Assembly: GCA_041665025.1 (NCBI GenBank)
Contig: JBAYJP010000002.1
Location: forward strand, 64,691-128,690
Source of the DNA: Candidatus Magasanikiibacteriota bacterium
GTDB lineage: Bacteria; Patescibacteriota; Patescibacteriia; Magasanikbacterales; UBA922
DNA length: 64,000 nucleotides
Direction of reading: 5' to 3'
Below the pieces are notes generated by a model. It did not search any database. It was given only the letters and a program-made list of their open reading frames with translations, and had not been told where the DNA came from. This document shows positions 55,942-62,858 of the stretch, one piece after another; the first letter of the stretch is position 1, and each line of letters starts with the position of its first letter. Both the position numbers and the translations under genes were made by a program.

Positions 55942-56709
55942 TTAATCTACTACTTCTAATTTCTTCGCCCCAACCCATGACAAATAATACGCCTGCCGCA
56001 TTGCGTCGGCAATTGCCTTGCTTTCAATAAGTACAGAATTGTTTTCCACAAAATTCATAAAGACAACTTTGTTGGCATATATGTTGACCTCTATGCCAGG
56101 CCAAAATATATTTCGCGGGACCACAACAGTTTCAGATAATTCTTGTTCATCATGTGGCTTGTTTCGCGTATGCCACACTGATCCTTCGCCGGCAATTCTT
56201 TTTGCATGCATATTCAACTTCACACGATTATTTATATAGTCCTTATCGAGTCCATATTTATCAAAATCAAAATACAAATCTGTATTCCACATCAATATCT
56301 CATCTGGCTTAACTTCGAGTGTATCATCAAACGCTTTTCGTATTGCGCCTTTCCCTTCGTAAAAATATATTTTTGGTTTCGTTTCACTCGTATTGTACAT
56401 GGCTTCAAAACGGGGTAATTCTTTTTCAACCTGCGTCTTCAAATCAGTTATTATGGTCAAAAGTTTTTCTGGAGGGTCAGCGACGAATTTATTTTTCCCT
56501 TGTTCCGTGGTCTTTCCCATCACACCGCGATCAATAAGCGCATTGAGTATGAAATAAACAGTGGTTCTCGGCAATCCTGCTTCATTTGCAAGTTTACTTG
56601 CTGTTGACGGCCCTGATTCTAGAGCAGACAAATACACCTTTGCCTCATTTTTTGAAAATCCTATTTGGGTCAAAAGACGGTCTAACTGCATATTTTTAGA
56701 GTTATACAT
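55942..56709 (-). CDS. TrmB-family transcriptional regulator
   Basis: N-terminal winged-HTH 'LTQIGFSKNEAKVYLSALESGPSTASKLANEAGLPRTTVYFILNALIDRGVM' typical of TrmB, plus C-terminal effector domain. Confidence 0.6.
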   Translation of the reverse strand: MYNSKNMQLDRLLTQIGFSKNEAKVYLSALESGPSTASKLANEAGLPRTTVYFILNALIDRGVMGKTTEQGKNKFVADPPEKLLTIITDLKTQVEKELPRFEAMYNTSETKPKIYFYEGKGAIRKAFDDTLEVKPDEILMWNTDLYFDFDKYGLDKDYINNRVKLNMHAKRIAGEGSVWHTRNKPHDEQELSETVVVPRNIFWPGIEVNIYANKVVFMNFVENNSVLIESKAIADAMRQAYYLSWVGAKKLEVVD

Positions 56710-56906
56710 AAAAAGTGTCTAACACATTGTAGTCAATATATAACTTTTTTTTAGCTTAGTCAAGAGAAAAAATATGTGTTATCAAAATTTACTCGTCAAA
56801 CTGTCTAAAATCATTGACATATAAGCAATTCTATGATAATGTAGCTAGTCTCATGAACGAAGCTCGTTCTGAGAGACTGTAAGCTCATCGTCTGGGAGGT
56901 AAAGAT

Positions 56907-57179
56907 ATGGAACTACGCATGGAACTACACTGTAGAAGAAAAGCGAACAAAAAAAACGCTCGAATCACGAAAATTTCATTCCCATGCCCCAACTGCGGGC
57001 ACAACAACTGCCCTCGTAGAAACGTTCGTGAGGCGATTGAACTCTGGTTTCGAGACCGGTTGCCCCCGTGCAAGAAGTGTCACGTGCCTCTGAAAAAAGA
57101 TAATTTCCTATTTCCAGAAGAGACGACAAGGCACCTTCAGAAACTGAAGGAAAAAAGTGGCACCAAGTCAATTGAATGA
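56907..57179 (+). CDS. small zinc-ribbon protein, hypothetical
   Basis: 'CPNCGHNNCPRRN...CKKCHV' two Cys pairs. Confidence 0.4.
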   Translation: MELRMELHCRRKANKKNARITKISFPCPNCGHNNCPRRNVREAIELWFRDRLPPCKKCHVPLKKDNFLFPEETTRHLQKLKEKSGTKSIE

Positions 57180-57233
57180 CGATGAGTCTCAGGGAGGAAA
57201 GGAGGGACTCAACTCTCGTACGAGTGAGAACAA

Positions 57234-57268
57234 AAAACCACAGCATTCCGGCTGATGGTTTTTTGTTT
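57234..57268 (+). terminator. intrinsic terminator
   Basis: 'AAAAAACCACAGCattccgGCTGATGGTTTTTTGTTTT' imperfect stem plus T-tract. Confidence 0.45.
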
Positions 57269-57363
57269 TAAAAATATTTCAATACCTCAATATCAAAATA
57301 TCCCAATATCTATAATCTTTAATCTTGAATCAAAAAACACCACCCTATCCGGATGGTGTTATT

Positions 57364-57393
57364 TATTACGTGATATGTGTTTCGTGCTACGTG
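57364..57393. repeat. ACGTG-family heptamer array (R9)
   Basis: 'tattacgtgatatgtgtttcgtgctacgtg' immediately downstream of rpsR. Confidence 0.75.
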
Positions 57394-57398
57394 ACAAA

Positions 57399-57632
57399 TT
57401 ATTTTGGTACAAACGCCAATAACCCTGCGATACGAGCTTGTTTGATAGCGCGTGCAATAAGCCGCTGATGCTTTGCACACAAACCACTTCGTCTGCGTGG
57501 CTGGATCTTCATATATGAAGATGTGAACCGACGCAATGTTTCATTGTCTTTGTAATCAATTGCTTTGTCCTTGTGCACGCAGAAAAAACATTGTTTTGGT
57601 TTTCTACTTTTCACGATTTTCTGTTGTTGCAT
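57399..57632 (-). CDS. rpsR: 30S ribosomal protein S18
   Basis: 'CFFCVHKDKAIDYKDNETLRRFTSSYMKIQPRRRSGLCAKHQRLIARAIKQARIAGLL'. Confidence 0.9.
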   Translation of the reverse strand: MQQQKIVKSRKPKQCFFCVHKDKAIDYKDNETLRRFTSSYMKIQPRRRSGLCAKHQRLIARAIKQARIAGLLAFVPK

Positions 57633-57647
57633 ACATTATTCAATAAT

Positions 57648-58088
57648 TTAAAATGGTATATCCTCTACTTTGATCTCTTCATCGCTTACATGTGAAGTTG
57701 GTTGGGATGACGATCCTGATGGAGGCGGAGGCACATCACTACCTTGTGCAGAAGAAGAACGAGGAGCATCAAGCATAATAAGATTTTCTGCTATGATTTC
57801 TGTCCGGTATCTCTTCACACCGTCCTGACCAGTCCAATCGCGTGTTTCAATACGTCCTTCTACATACACACGTCGTCCTTTGCTCAAGTATTGTCCGGCA
57901 ATATCTGCCAATTTACCCCACAATACGCAATTGTGATATTCAACACGTTCTTGGCGTACGCCGGTGTTATCTGTCCAGACACGATTTGTCGCAATGCCAA
58001 TAGTTGCAACGCTTTGTCCAGAAGGAGTTGTCCGAACTTCTGGGTCTCGAGTTAAACGACCGAGAATCGTAGCGCGATTGAGATCCAT
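57648..58088 (-). CDS. ssb: single-stranded DNA-binding protein
   Basis: OB-fold 'LNRATILGRLTRDPEVRTTPSG..VATIGIATNRVW' and acidic C-terminal tail ending 'DIPF'. Confidence 0.9.
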   Translation of the reverse strand: MDLNRATILGRLTRDPEVRTTPSGQSVATIGIATNRVWTDNTGVRQERVEYHNCVLWGKLADIAGQYLSKGRRVYVEGRIETRDWTGQDGVKRYRTEIIAENLIMLDAPRSSSAQGSDVPPPPSGSSSQPTSHVSDEEIKVEDIPF

Positions 58089-58090
58089 AT

Positions 58091-58180
58091 GACGTAAGTT
58101 AACTAAGTAACTAAGTTATCTAAGTAAAAGAGTAATTGTTAATCTTTCAATCTTGAAATCTTTTAATCTTCAATCTTGGC
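58091..58180. repeat. composite heptamer repeats ('TAAGTTAACTAAG' plus family-4 'AATCTTTCAATCTT')
   Basis: 'taagttaactaagtaactaagttatctaagtaaaag...ttaatctttcaatcttgaaatcttttaatcttcaatctt' fill the rpsF-ssb spacer. Confidence 0.7.
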
Positions 58181-58254
58181 TCTTCAGACCTGTGGTTGCA
58201 AGATGTAAGGTTAATTAACTCAGATGTTCGGATTAATTATATTCGTTTACTATT

Positions 58255-58908
58255 TTACACCTTATCAATATCTTGCTGCAAGATCTCATCGAGCTTCTGG
58301 TCGATATCATCTATACTTAAGGAAACTTTTTTCTTTTCCTCTTTCTTACGCGTTCGTGTTGCTGTTTTTACTGGCTCTACTGTTTCCTCTTTCTTTTCAG
58401 GCTCGACTGGAGCAGAAACGGGAACATCTTCTTTAACCTCGACAACAGGTACTTCTTCTTTTTTGTCTGCTACTTCTACTTTTGTCTCTTCAACTCTCTC
58501 GTGTCTAACTTCTGGAACAGAGGGAGAAACAAAAGTTCCACCCAAAATAGCATTCTCTTTTGCCAAACGAGCATTGCTTGGTGCGGTTGGGTCTTGTGCC
58601 AATTTATAGGATACCACATGTGCAGGATCATACAAACGTACGACAACACGAAGCAACCCACCGAGAAGCCGTACTTTTCTCTCTATATCTTGAATATTTT
58701 CTGGTTCAAGGCCAAAACGAAAGATGTGGAAATATCCGTATCTAATGTTTTTTATTGGATATGCCAGACGGCTTTTCCCCATGTCTTCCATGGCTATGTT
58801 TTCTGCATTATTTGCCTGAAGAATTTTGTCTACCTCAGCAACGGTTGGAGCTACTTCAGCTTCAGCCAATGTGCCTGGCAAAACGCAAAACATTTCATAA
58901 TGATTCAT
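58255..58908 (-). CDS. rpsF: 30S ribosomal protein S6 with long charged C-terminal extension
   Basis: N-terminal ~100 aa 'MNHYEMFCVLPG...YGYFHIFRFGLE' is S6; 110-aa Glu/Lys/Val/Pro-rich tail. Confidence 0.85.
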   Translation of the reverse strand: MNHYEMFCVLPGTLAEAEVAPTVAEVDKILQANNAENIAMEDMGKSRLAYPIKNIRYGYFHIFRFGLEPENIQDIERKVRLLGGLLRVVVRLYDPAHVVSYKLAQDPTAPSNARLAKENAILGGTFVSPSVPEVRHERVEETKVEVADKKEEVPVVEVKEDVPVSAPVEPEKKEETVEPVKTATRTRKKEEKKKVSLSIDDIDQKLDEILQQDIDKV

Positions 58909-59099
58909 AACAATCTCCCTAAAAAAATTAATCCCATGGCATTTTGGCAGATCGACTCATGCCAACCACGGAATTTTTATAATAAATTAGCGTTTAATGT
59001 GTTTTCTGGTACACATATATTAACGCCATTAACCACCAAAGGTGCGCTTACTATAGCAATAGAATAGAAAAATGTCAAGCTAAATATGCTCCCTACCAA

Positions 59100-59561
59100 C
59101 TATAGCTCAACTGGGCTGCTACCTGTCGCTTGACCCAGAGAACGCAACAAAAAAATCACCATGCTATTTGATAGGAGTATTATAATAAGTCCGATTATTG
59201 CATTGAAGAGAACACGTCGAGCTTTTTTCGTGCGTTCTTCATCTCCTCCCGAAGTCATCCAGAGCAGACCACTATATATTATAAGTAAAACAAGCAAAAT
59301 ACCCAAAAATCCGAGAGCAATATTAATGAGGCGTATGACGATAGTACGCAAGTCAGCTGAACCCAAATTAATAAACTCATCAATACTCCTAATACCAAGC
59401 AAATCATCCAAACCATACGCATCTGACGCTTCAACGGTAGTCGTAGTAACCTGAGCCTCCGTGGTCGAAGTAGCTACGTCTGGTGGCGCCTGTGCAAGTA
59501 CAAAAGTTGCATACCCAGAGAAAAAGGATAGCGTAGTTAGAATATATGCAAAAATTTTCAT
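59100..59561 (-). CDS. VirB2/TrbC-like 'T4SS-pilin' family protein (lone paralog P12)
   Basis: Core 'IIYSGLLWMTSGGDEERTKKARRVLFNAIIGLIIILLSNSMVIFLL'. Confidence 0.65.
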   Translation of the reverse strand: MKIFAYILTTLSFFSGYATFVLAQAPPDVATSTTEAQVTTTTVEASDAYGLDDLLGIRSIDEFINLGSADLRTIVIRLINIALGFLGILLVLLIIYSGLLWMTSGGDEERTKKARRVLFNAIIGLIIILLSNSMVIFLLRSLGQATGSSPVEL

Positions 59562-59640
59562 AGTATATAATTTTAGTATTATATCATCTATAGTAGCACG
59601 TAAACAAAAATATCAACAATTTACTGTTGATATTAAAGCT

Positions 59641-59718
59641 TGGTCGGGGTGATAGGACTTGAACCTACGGCCTCATCGTCCCAAACGACGCGCTCTAGCC
59701 AACTGAGCTACACCCCGC
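59641..59718 (-). tRNA. tRNA-Pro (anticodon TGG), CCA encoded
   Basis: Minus-strand cloverleaf GCGGGGT-GT-AGCTC..GAGC-CGTCG-TTTGGGA-CGATG-AGGCC-GTAGG-TTCAAGT-CCTAT-CACCCCG-A-CCA. Confidence 0.85.
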
Positions 59719-60387
59719 TTTTAAACCATCTATAAAACCAATTATTGTATGAAATAAATCAACACGATAGACACGGACATGAACAGTTCCATTCGTTAAG
59801 TACCTCTTCTGCTTCCCTCTGCTGGCGCTACTTCTCACTATTGAAGTTGCAATAAATTGAGTAGCAGGAACACCTATTATTTTCTGCCAATATTCAAGTG
59901 CCTTTTTCCTTTGTTTTTGTGAATGTACTGCCAATTGTATTCTAAAATCTTTTTCTTTTACATGGCAAATCTCCCTAAAAAATCTCATCATCATCCGTAT
60001 CATGTCTGGATCTGAATTGGTAAAATCAACACATTTCCAAAGACTTCCTTCAGCTCCTTTTTTGTATCCTTCTCCCCAATACAAAGCAATCCCCATCATA
60101 AACAAATCCCTCTGAGAAATCTTTCCAATCTGTTTTGCAAAATATTCTCTGATTTGTTGAGCTTTTTGTTTTGCGTGTGTGGTCTGATCTTTATTCCTTC
60201 GAATAAGGGCCCGTACACTCTTTTGCCTTCCCTTTTTTTGTATTTTTTCTTGAGCAGAATGAGATAAAACAATGTCTGAGAGCCAAAAAGATAGTGTACT
60301 TTTGGGAACAGACGTCGCACGAGAAATTTCAGTATAGCTTCTGCCTCTCTTTCTGAGTTGTATTGCAATTGATTTATCTGTTCTCAT
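59695..60387 (-). CDS. HTH-domain protein with LAGLIDADG-like motifs (possible free-standing homing-endonuclease-like gene)
   Basis: N-terminal HTH 'SYTEISRATSVPKSTLSFWL'; 'LFMMGIALYWGEGYK' and C-terminal 'IIGFIDGLKAG' resemble LAGLIDADG blocks. Lies between tRNA-Phe(intron) and tRNA-Pro; the 3' end overlaps tRNA-Pro by ~24 nt, so the stop or extent is uncertain. Confidence 0.3.
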   Translation of the reverse strand: MRTDKSIAIQLRKRGRSYTEISRATSVPKSTLSFWLSDIVLSHSAQEKIQKKGRQKSVRALIRRNKDQTTHAKQKAQQIREYFAKQIGKISQRDLFMMGIALYWGEGYKKGAEGSLWKCVDFTNSDPDMIRMMMRFFREICHVKEKDFRIQLAVHSQKQRKKALEYWQKIIGVPATQFIATSIVRSSASRGKQKRYLTNGTVHVRVYRVDLFHTIIGFIDGLKAGCSSVG

Positions 60388-60436
60388 ATAATTGAACCTA
60401 CGGCACGTTGACGAAATTAGTATACCGTAGGTTCAA
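60381..60436. repeat. 14-bp perfect-stem hairpin
   Basis: 'aattgaacctacgg cacgttgacgaaattagtata ccgtaggttcaatt' between the tRNA-Phe 3' exon and the downstream ORF. Confidence 0.7.
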
Positions 60437-60448
60437 TTATACTGCAAG

Positions 60449-60744
60449 TGCCGAGGGCCAGGATTGAACTGGCGACACAAGGATTTTCCTTTTGACTTAT
60501 ATTTCTATAAGGATCGGACTATATCTTCATCCCGATTAAATCGGGAGTTGGGCGCTTATGCATGATTATTGTTGATACTCACACGCTAGTCTCTACACCT
60601 TTTCTGGGAGTCTAATCGCCAGAACTTGGCTCGGGATTGCCTTTTTAATAAGGTTTCCCCGAATTCACCCAAATTTCTCATTCTAAATTACTTTAGAAGG
60701 GACCGAAAACCAGTCCTCTGCTCTACCACTGAGCTACCTCGGCA
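60449..60744 (-). tRNA. tRNA-Phe (anticodon GAA) interrupted by a ~220-nt intron in the anticodon loop
   Basis: Exon 1 (60744->60711) GCCGAGG-TA-GCTCAGTGGTAGAGC-A-GAGGA-CTG. Exon 2 (60487->60449) AAAA-TCCTT-GTGTC-GCCAG-TTCAATC-CTGGC-CCTCGGC-A. Spliced product matches bacterial tRNA-Phe nearly base for base. Confidence 0.75.
60488..60710 (-). ncRNA. group I-like self-splicing intron in tRNA-Phe
   Basis: 5' exon end GGACU can pair with intron 'GGUCC' (P1, U.G at splice site). Internal 'AGACUA'/'GAGACUAGC' and downstream 'UAGUCC' resemble P7 strands. Intron ends in G before exon 2. No ORF inside. Confidence 0.5.
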
Positions 60745-60780
60745 TTTAACGTGGTAAAACAAATTCCTTTAGTCAAGGAA

Positions 60781-60856
60781 TGGTGGACCCGAGGAGATTC
60801 GAACTCCTGACCTCATGCGTGCAAAGCAAGCGCTCTACCAACTAAGCTACGGGCCC
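60781..60856 (-). tRNA. tRNA-Ala (anticodon TGC), CCA encoded
   Basis: GGGCCCG-TA-GCTT..AGAGC-G-CTTGC-TTTGCAC-GCATG-AGGTC-AGGAG-TTCGAAT-CTCCT-CGGGTCC-A-CCA with G3.U70. Confidence 0.85.
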
Positions 60857-60919
60857 TTGTATTTAAAAACGAAAAAAGTATACCAATCTAACTAAAAAAA
60901 GTCAAGGAGTATTATATGA

Positions 60920-60952
60920 CAAAAATCGCCTTTTCAGCGATTTTTGTTTTTC
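60920..60952. terminator. bidirectional intrinsic terminator
   Basis: 'gacAAAAATCGCcttttcaGCGATTTTTgtttt' just downstream of the CPA2 antiporter gene. Confidence 0.6.
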
Positions 60953-60957
60953 CGCTT

Positions 60958-62655
60958 TTACGAATGCCCTGTTGTATACCTCAACTTCATCTCATTTTTT
61001 TGTTCAACTCTCAAATCTTTAAACGTTTTTGAACTCCACGGTTTATGCTTGAGTACATCCACAATCCACTGCCCTCCAAGCAAATGCGGCATCATCACAT
61101 AATCTGCACCAGCTTCGTACAAGTCTTCCAAATAGGTATTGTGATATAAATTTGCAATAATAAGTGGCTTGCTACTCAAGCGACGAACATGTGTAATGAG
61201 TGTTTTCTCATCATCTGGTTCGGGAATGGTTGAGATAATAAGTTTCGCTTTATCAAGTGGCAACCCGTCTAAAAATTCCACATCTGATGCATCACCAAAA
61301 AATGCTGGAATACCTCGACGTTTAAGTTTTTCTACTGATTCTGGATTGTAGTCAACAACAGCAAACGAAATTTTTTGTTCTGCCAATGCTTCGCAGACCT
61401 TCCATCCAATACGATGATACCCAAATACCCACACGGTAAATACCTCCTCCTCGTTAGGCTCTTTTTTCTGTGTTTTATCTTTTCCAAAATAATTGAGCAA
61501 AGGAATTAATTTTTGATACAATTGCTCGTTGTACGTAATCAAATATGACGAGACTACAATCGTGATCAATGCAACAATAGTTAAGACAGCAAGCTCATGG
61601 CCGTGTAAATAACCAAGCTCAGTTCCTTTGAAAACCAAAATAAAACCAAACTCGCTTACTTGCGCCGCAGTAATCCCGGCCAAAAAGGCACTCCGGCGCG
61701 TGTATTTCAATTTGCGCATGACATGATACAAAACAAATGGATCTATAATGAGAACAAACAGTGAAAGTACAAGCCCTGGCGCAAGTGCCTGCCGTACGTC
61801 TCCAAACTGGAGTTCACTACCAAGTACCACGAAGAACAACACAATAAAAAAATCACGCAATGGCCGAATACGGCTACTTATCTCGCTTTGATATACGGTT
61901 GCACCAAGGGAAATGCCCGCGATAATAGCACCAATCTCTATACTAAAACCAACCACATACACGAGGCTTGCAACGCCAAAACACCACGCAATAGTAAAAA
62001 TAAATAATAGTTCTCCCGACCGCGCAATTTTATCCATGATAAAAGGCAAAAGATATTTTGACATAATCACCACAAGACCTACCAGTACAAACCCTTTGCC
62101 AAGCGTCAGAAGCGTGGTCACATACCACGACTCGCCATACGTCTTGCTTGTGTTCAAAAATATCATGATGCCAATTGCAATAATATCCTGAACGAGGAGT
62201 ACACCAATGACATACCGACCATACACGGTCTCCAAATCTTTCTTCTCTGCCAAAAGTTTAATGACAATAATCGTGCTTGAAAATGCTACGGAAATAGAGA
62301 TAAAAAGCGATGAAATAAAACTAAAATGAAATAGTGTCATGAGCACATATCCAAGTCCTGCGGTCACCACGAATTGCAAAAATGTACCAACAAATATCGG
62401 CCTGCCCATTTTCTTTATATGTTCAACATCCAGACTCAGACCAACAATAAACAACAAAAGTACAATACCGAACTGCGCAAACGTATCAAAAAAATTTTCT
62501 GCTCCATGCACAATATCCAAAAAAAGAGGGCCGGCGACAAGACCTGCGACAATATATGCAACTACCAGCGGCTGACGCAACAAACGCATGATACACGCGA
62601 TTGAAACCGTAATGCCGAGTATAACTGAAATTTGAAGAAAAATGTTGTCAGACAT
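60958..62655 (-). CDS. monovalent cation:proton antiporter-2 (CPA2/Kef-type) with C-terminal RCK/TrkA-N domain
   Basis: About 12 TM helices then Rossmann 'VWVFGYHRIGWKVCEALAEQKISFAVVDYNPESVEKLKRRGIPAFFGDASDVEFL'. Confidence 0.8.
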   Translation of the reverse strand: MSDNIFLQISVILGITVSIACIMRLLRQPLVVAYIVAGLVAGPLFLDIVHGAENFFDTFAQFGIVLLLFIVGLSLDVEHIKKMGRPIFVGTFLQFVVTAGLGYVLMTLFHFSFISSLFISISVAFSSTIIVIKLLAEKKDLETVYGRYVIGVLLVQDIIAIGIMIFLNTSKTYGESWYVTTLLTLGKGFVLVGLVVIMSKYLLPFIMDKIARSGELLFIFTIAWCFGVASLVYVVGFSIEIGAIIAGISLGATVYQSEISSRIRPLRDFFIVLFFVVLGSELQFGDVRQALAPGLVLSLFVLIIDPFVLYHVMRKLKYTRRSAFLAGITAAQVSEFGFILVFKGTELGYLHGHELAVLTIVALITIVVSSYLITYNEQLYQKLIPLLNYFGKDKTQKKEPNEEEVFTVWVFGYHRIGWKVCEALAEQKISFAVVDYNPESVEKLKRRGIPAFFGDASDVEFLDGLPLDKAKLIISTIPEPDDEKTLITHVRRLSSKPLIIANLYHNTYLEDLYEAGADYVMMPHLLGGQWIVDVLKHKPWSSKTFKDLRVEQKNEMKLRYTTGHS

Positions 62656-62775
62656 ACTATACGATAAATGCAGAGTGACGAAAATAGTTATAAAGTTGAA
62701 AGTTGTAAAGTTATAAAGTCAATGGAAACATTGATACGTAATGCCTGTCTGCCCAAGCCTAGCACTGACGGACAG

Positions 62776-62858
62776 ATATGTTATATGTTATATGTTATAT
62801 GTTATATGTTATATGTTATGTGATATGTGTTATGTGTTACGTGCTACGTGATACGTTA
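62776..62858. repeat. ACGTG-family heptamer array preceded by (atatgtt)x5 microsatellite (R10)
   Basis: 'atatgttatatgttatatgttatatgttatatgttatgtgatatgtgttatgtgttacgtgctacgtgatacgttatc'. Confidence 0.8.

Noticed and set aside
58196-58609. 137-aa plus-strand ORF with Ser/Thr-rich sequence
   Set aside because: It is antisense to the rpsF C-terminal extension; a compositional artefact.
60700-60745. Partial tRNA-like fragment first taken for a tRNA pseudogene
   Set aside because: It pairs perfectly with the 3' half at 60449-60487 to make a complete tRNA-Phe, so it is reinterpreted as exon 1 of an intron-containing gene.
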